NCBI GenBank assembly: GCA_964443245.1
Contig: CAYUEG010000006.1
Location: forward strand, 1-61,289
DNA: 61,289 nt
DNA from: an uncultured Burkholderiales bacterium
GTDB lineage: Bacteria > Pseudomonadota > Gammaproteobacteria > Burkholderiales > JAEUOS01
Reading direction: 5' to 3'
Positions 27,428-35,918 of the stretch are shown here, piece by piece (the first letter of the stretch is position 1; each line of letters opens with the position of its first letter). The position numbers and the translations under genes are program-made. The notes beneath the pieces are model-generated. The model was not told the DNA's origin, did not search any database, and saw nothing but the letters and a program-made list of their open reading frames with translations.

Positions 27428-30291
27428 ACCAGCCACGCGAGCGCGGCCTGTTTGATGAACTGGAAAAAGAGCCAGGATCGTTGGTGGGAGCCGATCTGGC
27501 GGGCATGGCCCTGACCGTCAATGGCAAACCCCAGATCCTGCACTGTGCCCCCTCCAAGCGCCTGGTGTATGCCTTGCGCGAAGACCTGGGCCTCACCGGA
27601 ACCAAGGTCGGTTGCGATGCCGGGGATTGCGGCGCCTGCACGGTCCTCCTTGAGGGCAAGCAGGTGTGTGCGTGCATCACGCCGGCGGCGCAGGCGGAAG
27701 GCTGCAATGTAACCACCGTGGAAGGCCTGGCGGAAGAAGGCAAGCTCAACACCCTGCAACAGGCATTTCTCAAGCATGGCGCGGCCCAGTGCGGCATTTG
27801 CACGCCTGGCATGCTGATGGCGGCCAGCGACCTGTTGTCGCGCAACGCCGCACCGAGCGAGGCCCAGGTGCAGGACGCATTGGGTGGCGTGTTGTGTCGC
27901 TGCACCGGTTATCGCAAGATCATTGATGCCGTGCTGGCCGTGGCCAGCGGGGATATCGCGCTGGATGGTGAGGATTATCAGGCGCCGGTCGGCAAGGCGG
28001 TCGGCAGCCGCCTGGCGCGTCTCGATGGCCCGGCCAAGCTCACCGGTGCCGAGAAATATGGGGCGGATGTCGTGCCGGAAGGCGCCCTGACGTTACGCAT
28101 CATCCGCTCGCCGCATGCACGTGCCACTTTCACCTTGGGCGATCTCGAAGCGTTTCGTGCCGCCTACCCGCAGGTGGAAGGCATCATCACCGCAGCGGAT
28201 GTGCCGGAGAATTCTTTTGCCGTGTTCCCCACACCGAAAGACCAACCCGTCCTCGCAGATGGCCATGTGCGCTTTCGCGGTGAGGCGGTGCTGGGCCTGA
28301 TCGGCGCGGAAGAGGCGATTCGCGCGATTCCCGAAAGTGCGGTGCCGATTACATGGCATGTCGGCCAGGCTTTGGAAACCTCCGAAGCGGCGCTGGCTGC
28401 CGCATTGGTCGCTCCTGACGATGCTCTGCATGCGTTTGCTGCGGACAATGTGCTGTGCCGCGGCCGGGTGGTGAAGGGCGACATCGCCACAGGCTTGCAA
28501 CAGGCTGCCTTCAAGGCCGAGGGCAGGTTTGAAACCACGCACGTCGAGCATGCCTACATCGAGCCGGAGGCTGGCTATGCCGAGGTGTTCGAGCAGGATG
28601 GCAAGCAACGCATCCGCATCTTTGCCTGCACGCAAACGCCGTACATGGATAAGGAAGAGGTGGCGCGCGTACTGAAGCTGCCGCTGGATGCCGTACACGT
28701 TGTGCCCTCGGCCATCGGCGGCGGCTTTGGCGGCAAGCTGGATGTTTCGATTCAACCGCTGCTCGCAGTGGCGGCCTGGAAGATGAAGCGGCCAGTGCGG
28801 ATTGTCTACACCCGGCCCGAATCGATGGTCTCCACCACCAAGCGGCACCCGGCCGACATGCAGGTCACCCTGGGCTGTGACGCATCGGGCCAGTTGACGG
28901 CGGTTGATTTTGCCGGCGATTTCAATACCGGTGCCTACGCCTCGTGGGGTTCCACCGTGGCCAACCGCGTGCCGGTACACGCCAGCGGGCCTTACAAGGT
29001 GCCCCATGTGCGTGCGTTGACGCGCGCCGTCTACACTCACAATGCGATTGCCGGGGCGTTCCGTGGCTTCGGCGTGCCGCAAGCCTGCATCGCCACCGAA
29101 GCGCTGATGGACGATCTGGCCGCCCAGTGCGGCATGGATCGCTTTGAGTTTCGCCTGAAGAACGCGATTCGCGCCGGCGACCAAACCGCAACTGGTCAGG
29201 AGCTCAAAGCCAGCGTCGGTATGGCAGCCTGCCTTGAAGCCTTGCGCCCCGCCTGGCTCAATACGCAGAGCGAGGTGGCGCGCAAGAATGGCTCCAGGAG
29301 CGCTTCTCCGGGCCATGGCGCCGTCTCTTCCAATCTGCGCTATGGCGCGGGCATCGCATGCATGTGGTACGGCATTGGCAATACGGTGATTGCCAATCCC
29401 TCCACCATCACCATCGGCTTGCGTCAGAACGGGCGCTTCATGCTCTACAACGGCGCGCAGGAGATCGGGCAGGGTACCTACACCATCATGCCGCAGATTG
29501 CGGCGGATGCCCTGGGCGTATCGGTGACGCTGATTGACCAGATTCATGGCGATACGGATCTCACCGAGGACGCCGGCAAGTCGTCGGCATCGCGGCAGAC
29601 CTTCGTGTCCGGCAATGCCACCAAATTCGCTTCCGAGGATCTGAAGCAGCAGTTGTGCGCGTTGCTCGGTGTCGCGGAGGATGCCACGCTGACGCTCGAA
29701 GGCGCAGTATTGGTAGGGCGCGATGCAGAGGGTGAGAAGCGCCTGGATCTGGCTCAGGCGAAAGCCGATGCGCGTGGTGATGTTGCCCTGGGTCGCGGCA
29801 CCTTCAGCCCGCCGACGGTCCCGCTGGATGGCGATGGCCAGGGTGTGCCCTACGCCACCTACGGCTTTGCCGCCCAAATCGCGGAGGTGGAAGTCGATAT
29901 GGACCTCGGCACCGTCAAGGTGCTGCACATCCATGCCGCCCATGACGTCGGCCGCGCCGTCAATCCGACCCAGGTCGAAGGCCAGATCCACGGCGGCGTT
30001 GCGCAAGGCTTGGGGCTGGCACTGATGGAGGAATACATCAGCGGCCGTACCGACAACCTGCACGACTACCTGATCCCGACGATTGGCGACATTCCACCGA
30101 TCACCACCTACATCATCGAGGATGCGGAGCCGATTGCACCCTATGGTGCCAAGGGGGTGGGGGAGCCGGCGTTGATTGCGACGGCACCGGCCATCTTTGG
30201 CGCCATCCGGCAGGCGACGGGGGTGCGGGTGGATGTCGCACCGTGTACGCCGGATCGACTACGCCAGCGCATCAAGGCACAGCATTCATGA
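27424..30291 (+). CDS. Molybdenum hydroxylase with the 2x[2Fe-2S] domain fused to the molybdopterin domain (nicotinate dehydrogenase-like family suspected)
   Basis: N-terminal GCDAGDCGAC, QCGICTPG, CRCTGY. Mo domain GGGFGGK, AFRGFGVPQ, GAKGVGEP. Confidence 0.9.
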   Translation: MNQPRERGLFDELEKEPGSLVGADLAGMALTVNGKPQILHCAPSKRLVYALREDLGLTGTKVGCDAGDCGACTVLLEGKQVCACITPAAQAEGCNVTTVEGLAEEGKLNTLQQAFLKHGAAQCGICTPGMLMAASDLLSRNAAPSEAQVQDALGGVLCRCTGYRKIIDAVLAVASGDIALDGEDYQAPVGKAVGSRLARLDGPAKLTGAEKYGADVVPEGALTLRIIRSPHARATFTLGDLEAFRAAYPQVEGIITAADVPENSFAVFPTPKDQPVLADGHVRFRGEAVLGLIGAEEAIRAIPESAVPITWHVGQALETSEAALAAALVAPDDALHAFAADNVLCRGRVVKGDIATGLQQAAFKAEGRFETTHVEHAYIEPEAGYAEVFEQDGKQRIRIFACTQTPYMDKEEVARVLKLPLDAVHVVPSAIGGGFGGKLDVSIQPLLAVAAWKMKRPVRIVYTRPESMVSTTKRHPADMQVTLGCDASGQLTAVDFAGDFNTGAYASWGSTVANRVPVHASGPYKVPHVRALTRAVYTHNAIAGAFRGFGVPQACIATEALMDDLAAQCGMDRFEFRLKNAIRAGDQTATGQELKASVGMAACLEALRPAWLNTQSEVARKNGSRSASPGHGAVSSNLRYGAGIACMWYGIGNTVIANPSTITIGLRQNGRFMLYNGAQEIGQGTYTIMPQIAADALGVSVTLIDQIHGDTDLTEDAGKSSASRQTFVSGNATKFASEDLKQQLCALLGVAEDATLTLEGAVLVGRDAEGEKRLDLAQAKADARGDVALGRGTFSPPTVPLDGDGQGVPYATYGFAAQIAEVEVDMDLGTVKVLHIHAAHDVGRAVNPTQVEGQIHGGVAQGLGLALMEEYISGRTDNLHDYLIPTIGDIPPITTYIIEDAEPIAPYGAKGVGEPALIATAPAIFGAIRQATGVRVDVAPCTPDRLRQRIKAQHS

Positions 30292-31070
30292 GCGCCCGCG
30301 CGCCAGTGGCGCTGGTGACCGGTGGCCGCCGCGGCATCGGTCGTGGCATCGCTTTCGCGATGGCCGATGCCGGTTACGACGTGGTGATCAACGACATCGA
30401 GTTCGATGCGGCGACCACCGAAACGCTGGAAGCCATCATGGCCAAAGGCCGGCGCGCGCGCTTTGTGCTGGGGGATCTGGCCGACATCGAATCGCACCAG
30501 GCGATGCTTGATCAGGCTTGGTCGTCCTTCGGCACGCTCGACGTATTGGTCAACAACGCCGGCGTGCAGGTGAAGGTGCGTGGCGATATCCTGGACGTGA
30601 TGCCGGAAAGCTTTGACCGGCTGATGGACACCAACCTGCGCGGCACCTTTTTCCTGACGCAGGCGGTGGCCAAGCGCATGGTGAAAGAGAAGCGCACAGC
30701 CGATGATCCGCCGCGCGCCATCGTGACGATCTCTTCGGCCAATGCGATCACCATCGTCGGTCCCAATCGCGCGGAGTACTGCATTTCCAAAACCGGCTTG
30801 TCGATGATGACGCAGCTGTATGCCGAGCGTCTCGCCCAGGACGACATCATGTGCTACGAGATTCGCCCGGGCATCATCGCCACTGACATGACCCGGCCGG
30901 CCAAGGAGCGTTACGACAAATTGATCGCCGAGGGCATCACGCCAGTGCGGCGCTGGGGCCTGCCGGAGGACATCGGCAAGACGGTGGTGGCGCTGGCGGG
31001 CCGGGCGCTGCCGTTCAACACCGGCGCGGCCTTCTACGTCGATGGCGGCTTGCACATGAAGGTCATGTAG
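30288..31070 (+). CDS. Short-chain dehydrogenase/reductase (FabG-like)
   Basis: TGGRRGIG, NNAG, catalytic YCISK, IRPGII.TDM. Confidence 0.9.
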   Translation: MSARAPVALVTGGRRGIGRGIAFAMADAGYDVVINDIEFDAATTETLEAIMAKGRRARFVLGDLADIESHQAMLDQAWSSFGTLDVLVNNAGVQVKVRGDILDVMPESFDRLMDTNLRGTFFLTQAVAKRMVKEKRTADDPPRAIVTISSANAITIVGPNRAEYCISKTGLSMMTQLYAERLAQDDIMCYEIRPGIIATDMTRPAKERYDKLIAEGITPVRRWGLPEDIGKTVVALAGRALPFNTGAAFYVDGGLHMKVM

Positions 31071-31088
31071 CCTGCCGACCCTGCCGCT

Positions 31089-31107
31089 GCCGGAGCGTGG
31101 CTCCGGC
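31089..31107. terminator. GC hairpin between convergent SDR and ABC genes
   Basis: GCCGGAGC-GTG-GCTCCGGC 8-bp stem. No clear U tract. Confidence 0.35.
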
Positions 31108-31109
31108 GG

Positions 31110-32918
31110 TTAGTCTTGCCCGAACTGCAGTGTCGCCAGGCGGGCGTAGAGGCCACCGGCCGCCAGCAGTGATTCATGGGTGCCAATGGCATCGATGCGC
31201 CCGTGATCCATGACAACGATGCGATCGGCTTTCCTCACCGTGGCCAGGCGATGGGCAATTACCAGGGTAGTGCGGCCCTGCATCAGGTTCTCCAGCGCCT
31301 GCTGGACATGGCGCTCGCTCTCGGCGTCCAGCGCGCTGGTGGCTTCATCGAGCAGCAATACCGGCGGATTCTTCAGGATCGCCCGCGCGATGGCGATGCG
31401 CTGGCGCTGGCCACCGGACAGGCGCACGCCGCGTTCACCGACAAAGGTGGCATAGCCTTCCGGCAGGCGGGCGATGAATTCATCCGCCATGGCGGCTTTG
31501 GCCGCCGCCTTCACGTCTTCATCGGAGGCATCGGCGCGGCCGTAGCGGATGTTCTCCATCGCGTCGGCAGAGAACACCACCGTGTCCTGCGGCACGATGC
31601 CGATGCGGGCGCGCAACGCGAGCGGATCGACTTGCGCAATATCGGTGCCGTCCAGCAGGATGCGCCCGTGCTGGGGATCATAGAAACGCAGCAACAACTG
31701 GAACAATGTGGTCTTGCCGGCACCCGAGGGGCCGACCACGGCCACTGTTTCTCCAGCGCGCACGTGCAGGTCGAAATGGTCGAGGGCGGCCTGCTCGGGG
31801 CGTGAAGGGTAGTGAAAGCGCACCGCTTCCATGCGGATGTCGCCACTCTTGCCCGGTTCCGCGGGGCGGAGTGGCAATGGGTGTGCCGCCACGATGATGG
31901 CGGGCTTGGCGGCCAGCAGCTCCATCAGGCGTTCGGTGGCGCCGGCGGCGCGCTGCACATCACCCCACACTTCCGAGAGCGCGCCGATGCTGGTGGCGAC
32001 CAATACGGCATACAGCACGAACTGCGACAAGACACCCGCCGTCATGCTGCCCTCCAGTACGGCCCGGGCGCCCAGCCACAGCACCAGCACGATGGCGCCA
32101 AACACCATGACGATGATGATCGCCGTGAGCGCAGCACGAGCCTGGATGCGGCGGCGCGCAGTATCGAAAGAGGCTTCCACCGAATCATCGAAGCGGGCGA
32201 CCTCGCGGCCTTCCTGGGTGAAGGCCTGCACGGTGGGCATGGCATTCAGCTTCTCGCCGGCCAGGGCCGAGGAATCGGCCACCCGATCCTGGCTCGCGCG
32301 GGAGAGTTTGCGCACCTGCCGGCCAAACGCAATGATCGGCAGGATCACGCACAGCAGCAGGGCGAGCGTGAATCCGGTCAGGCGCGGGCTGGTAACGCCC
32401 ATCATGACGAGGCCGCCGATCAGCATCACGAAGCTGCGTAGCGCCATCGACATGCTGGTTCCCACCACGGTCTGGATCAGGGTGGTATCCGTGGTGAGGC
32501 GCGACAACACCTCACCGGTGCGCGTGGTTTCAAAGAAAGCCGGGCTCATGCCCAGCACGTGGCGATAGACCGCGCTGCGCACGTCCGCTACGACCCGCTC
32601 GCCCAGCCAGGAAACGAAGTAGAAGCGTGCGGCAGTGAAGATACCGAGCACTGCCGCCACTCCGAAGAGCAGCAGGAAGTAGCGGTCAATGTGGGCGGCA
32701 TTCGAGCTCGAAAAACCCTGGTCGATCATCTGGCGCACTGCCAGTGGCAGGACCAGCGAGGCGCCGGCGGCAATCAGGAGCGCAATCAGCGCCAGCAGCA
32801 GCGTGCCGCGATACGGCCACAGGAAGGGCGCCAGTTGGCCCAGGGGGCCGAGGCGCGCGGTCTGCACAGGGGCGGGCTTTCCGGATGGGGCCGCCGTGGC
32901 AGCCGTGAAGTCGGTCAT
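31110..32918 (-). CDS. ABC transporter, fused permease and ATPase, MsbA-related
   Basis: TM domain with [10 protein letters not shown] and [15 protein letters not shown]. Walker A GPSGAGKT, signature [21 protein letters not shown]. Confidence 0.92.
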   Translation of the reverse strand: MTDFTAATAAPSGKPAPVQTARLGPLGQLAPFLWPYRGTLLLALIALLIAAGASLVLPLAVRQMIDQGFSSSNAAHIDRYFLLLFGVAAVLGIFTAARFYFVSWLGERVVADVRSAVYRHVLGMSPAFFETTRTGEVLSRLTTDTTLIQTVVGTSMSMALRSFVMLIGGLVMMGVTSPRLTGFTLALLLCVILPIIAFGRQVRKLSRASQDRVADSSALAGEKLNAMPTVQAFTQEGREVARFDDSVEASFDTARRRIQARAALTAIIIVMVFGAIVLVLWLGARAVLEGSMTAGVLSQFVLYAVLVATSIGALSEVWGDVQRAAGATERLMELLAAKPAIIVAAHPLPLRPAEPGKSGDIRMEAVRFHYPSRPEQAALDHFDLHVRAGETVAVVGPSGAGKTTLFQLLLRFYDPQHGRILLDGTDIAQVDPLALRARIGIVPQDTVVFSADAMENIRYGRADASDEDVKAAAKAAMADEFIARLPEGYATFVGERGVRLSGGQRQRIAIARAILKNPPVLLLDEATSALDAESERHVQQALENLMQGRTTLVIAHRLATVRKADRIVVMDHGRIDAIGTHESLLAAGGLYARLATLQFGQD

Positions 32919-32926
32919 GAGGTGGT

Positions 32927-34732
32927 TCAGGAAAGCAGCGTGGAGCCGGACTGTACTGGAAGATGCAGGGTCACAGCCACGCCGCTCTCGCCATTCGGCC
33001 CGGACTGATTGCGCGCTGCGCAGGAGCCACCGTGAAAGGTGGCCACCAGGCGCACGATGTAAAGCCCCAGGCCGAGGTGGGGTTCAGCCAGTGGAGTCCG
33101 GATGGGGGGCGCTCCGGCATCGACAGGTTGTGCGCTTTCCGGGGGGGCTTCATCGCGGATCGAAGTCATCGAATCAAACAGCTGGTCGGGCGGTCCGGGC
33201 GGCAACGACGGGCCTTGGTTGGCAACCTCCAGATGCGCCAGCTGTTTGTCCGCTGTTAACGTGATGCGAATGGCGGTACCGCTGCGCGCAAAACTGACGG
33301 CATTGGCAATGAGTTTGTCCAATGCCTGTGCCAGCAACTCCGGTGCGCCCCGCACCAGGACCGGCTCCTGCGGCGTTGCGCAAAGAAATACCTGGTTTTC
33401 ATAGGCGGCGCGATAGCCTTCGACGCAGCCGGTCACGACCGCTTGCAGGTCGTAGGCCTCACGCGACGATTGGGCGATCGCCGATTCGACCCGGCGCGCT
33501 TCACCCAGGCGGGTGATCAGCAGGTTGAGGCGGCGAATGCCGTCCTGCGCACGTTGCATGTACGCACGCGCTTCGGCCGGCAGGGGTTGCATGGCCAGAT
33601 TGTCGAGGGAGGATTGCACCACCGCCACCGGGGTGCGGAATTCGTGGGTGATGCGCGAACCCAGATTTTCGAGGTAATCGTGGTGCTGGCCGAGGCGCCC
33701 CAGGAGACGGGAGAAACTGCGGGAAAGGTCACCGATCTCGTCACCGCTTGCCCCGCTTGCAGCGAGGGTGCGCACGGCACCCTGCATCCGGCCCTCCGCG
33801 TCCACAGCCGCCTCGGCCTCATCGCGCAGCGCCCGGATCCGCTGCGCCAGACGACTGGCGAACAGCAGCATGATCGCAGCGACGACGCCAAACGCTGCCA
33901 GCGTGGCAGTAATCAGTTTCTCGAAGGCGCGGTTGGTAAAGGAGGCAATGGCGTTGCCGGATTCTTCGACCACCACCACGGCTACAACCTCGTCTCCCGC
34001 CCACACCGGATGCGCGGCCGACAGGATGCGCGCACGGTTGTCGGGTGTGGCGCGCCAGCGAGTGGCACCGCTACCGGCAAAGGCGCGCAGTACTTCGCTG
34101 CCACTGACGATGGTGTCCTCCGGCAAGGAGTCGTCAAACTGCTCGGTCGGGCGTGTCAACAACCGTTCGTAAAGCGGGCGCAGCAACGTGGCTTCGCTTG
34201 CTTCCCACCAGGTGATCGGGCTGGAGCCCTTGTCCACCAAGGGTTTTGGCGCAGGTCCCCCCTTGGGCTGGGCATTGCTGCCAGCTTCGGGGGTTTTGAG
34301 GGAACCCGCGAGTGCGAGCAGGCGGTAGCGCTTGTCGATCACCCAGATGCGGCTTTTGGCCCGGTTCAGGGTCGAGACGATCGATTCGACCTGCTCCGCA
34401 ACCGGCAGTGGTTCTGCCACACTGTCGATGGCAATCACTGTTGTGCCGCTGGTCGCCGTCCCGTCTCCGGCGATGGTGCGCAGCGCTTCTTCGCGTTCCC
34501 GCTTCAGCACCGGGTCTTCGGGTTTGAGTCTGAGCAGCGCCGGACGATCGTTCAGCGCGGTGGCAATCGCCCTTGCGGCGGCCAGGAGATTCTGCTCCTG
34601 CTGTGCGATCAGGAGTGACTCCATCTCGCGTACATAGCCGATGCCGACCAACGGAATGGCAGCCAGCGACAGCGTGGCCAGAAACAGTTTGGCACGCAGT
34701 CCGGGCGAGAAGCGGATTGGCAGAACGGGCAT
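32927..34732 (-). CDS. pdsS: Sensor histidine kinase, PdsS-like (proteobacterial dedicated sortase system type, ChvG-related)
   Basis: [79 protein letters not shown]. Confidence 0.8.
   Translation of the reverse strand: MPVLPIRFSPGLRAKLFLATLSLAAIPLVGIGYVREMESLLIAQQEQNLLAAARAIATALNDRPALLRLKPEDPVLKREREEALRTIAGDGTATSGTTVIAIDSVAEPLPVAEQVESIVSTLNRAKSRIWVIDKRYRLLALAGSLKTPEAGSNAQPKGGPAPKPLVDKGSSPITWWEASEATLLRPLYERLLTRPTEQFDDSLPEDTIVSGSEVLRAFAGSGATRWRATPDNRARILSAAHPVWAGDEVVAVVVVEESGNAIASFTNRAFEKLITATLAAFGVVAAIMLLFASRLAQRIRALRDEAEAAVDAEGRMQGAVRTLAASGASGDEIGDLSRSFSRLLGRLGQHHDYLENLGSRITHEFRTPVAVVQSSLDNLAMQPLPAEARAYMQRAQDGIRRLNLLITRLGEARRVESAIAQSSREAYDLQAVVTGCVEGYRAAYENQVFLCATPQEPVLVRGAPELLAQALDKLIANAVSFARSGTAIRITLTADKQLAHLEVANQGPSLPPGPPDQLFDSMTSIRDEAPPESAQPVDAGAPPIRTPLAEPHLGLGLYIVRLVATFHGGSCAARNQSGPNGESGVAVTLHLPVQSGSTLLS
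34227..34246. repeat. Copy of the palindromic element inside pdsS
   Basis: CCCTTGTCCACCAAGGGTTT is the exact reverse complement of 1018-1037. Confidence 0.75.
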
Positions 34733-34780
34733 CGACGTCAAGCGTAGCCGATTCGGTGGCCGCCCGGGCGCCACCCCGGC

Positions 34781-35476
34781 TCAGGTGGCCGCACGCCAGC
34801 GATAGCCCATGCCGTAGACCGTGTCGATACAGTCAAAGGCGGCATCTTCGGCGACGAATTTCTTGCGGATGCGCTTGATGTGCGAGGTGATGGTGCCGTC
34901 GTCGACGACGATCTTGGCTTCTCCCATCAATTGGTCCCGATTCTTGACGTGCCCGGGAAACTTGGCCATGGCGTGCACCATCCAGAATTCGGTCAGGGTG
35001 AGATCGATCTCGCGACCGTTCCAGGTGGCCAGAAAGCGCTTCATGTCGAGGCGCAGGGGACCGCGATCAAGAACTTCCTCCTGCGATTTCGGTTCGTTGG
35101 CCAGGTCAGCACGACGAAACAGGGCGGAGATGCGCGCCAGCAGATGGGGCAGGGAGATATCCTTGGTCAGATAGTCATCCGCACCCAGGCGCAGGCCGGA
35201 CACCACGTCGAAATCGGAATCGCGGGCGGTGAGGAAAATGATGGGCAAGGTCGCGGACTGGGCGCGCAGTTCGCGGCACAGGGTGAAGCCGCCATCCGGC
35301 TCGTTCCCGAGGCCGATGTCGATGATTGCCAGTTCGGGCAAACGCAGCTTGAACGCAGCTGACGCCTCCGGTCGGCTGCCATAGGCCACGACCTCATAGC
35401 CGTGTTTCTTGATGGCGTCGGTGTAGTTGGCACGGATGGCAGGTTCGTCTTCGATCAGGGCAATGCGTTTGGCCAT
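34781..35476 (-). CDS. pdsR: Response regulator, PdsR-like (ChvI-related, OmpR family)
   Basis: MAKRIALIEDEPAIRANY, IFLTARDSDFDVVSGLRLGADDYLTKDISLPHL, GHVKNRDQLM, TITSHIKRIRKKF, IDTVYGMGYRW. Confidence 0.85.
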   Translation of the reverse strand: MAKRIALIEDEPAIRANYTDAIKKHGYEVVAYGSRPEASAAFKLRLPELAIIDIGLGNEPDGGFTLCRELRAQSATLPIIFLTARDSDFDVVSGLRLGADDYLTKDISLPHLLARISALFRRADLANEPKSQEEVLDRGPLRLDMKRFLATWNGREIDLTLTEFWMVHAMAKFPGHVKNRDQLMGEAKIVVDDGTITSHIKRIRKKFVAEDAAFDCIDTVYGMGYRWRAAT

Positions 35477-35681
35477 GGCTTGCTTCGGGTCGGTTTTGGT
35501 GTGTGGTGGTGTGTGCGATGGTGCCGCGGAGCATAGCGGAACAGCTGCGCCCGTGACAGGGATGCGTGCAAATTTCATTTTTTCGCCAGATTTGGTCAGG
35601 GCATACCCGGATTTGTGCGGCAATGGCGTCGCTTTGCCCGAGCAGGATGTCGGCATTCCCAACGCACCGAAGGAGCACGAC

Positions 35682-35840
35682 ATGCCTGCACTCGACTTGC
35701 CGCAGCCGACTCAACCGCTGGCTGACATGCATCTGTTGACCGATACGCTGCATGCCGTCGCATTGGCCCTGGCAATCGGGCTCGGGACGGCCTTGGGCGC
35801 CGGCGCACTGGTGTTGATGCTGGCCTCGATTGCGCCCTGA
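35682..35840 (+). CDS. 52-aa predicted single-TM microprotein
   Basis: RBS AAGGAG. MPALDLPQPTQPLADMHLLTDTLHAVALALAIGLGTALGAGALVLMLASIAP. It is the 3' part of track ORF 35427..35840. Confidence 0.65.
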   Translation: MPALDLPQPTQPLADMHLLTDTLHAVALALAIGLGTALGAGALVLMLASIAP

Positions 35841-35918
35841 TCGGGGGTCCGCCTGGGGCAGCGGGTCCCTGGGGATGAGGCAGAATGGCGGGGGTGCGCT
35901 CCCTCATTGTTGCTTCCC

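Noticed and set aside
27424-30291. Selenocysteine recoding or frameshift in the molybdoenzyme
   Set aside because: The frame is continuous with no in-frame TGA.
35682-35840. Microprotein as a sortase (LPxTG) substrate
   Set aside because: LPQPT does not match LPxTG/A, there is no basic C-terminal tail, and no sortase is in the window.
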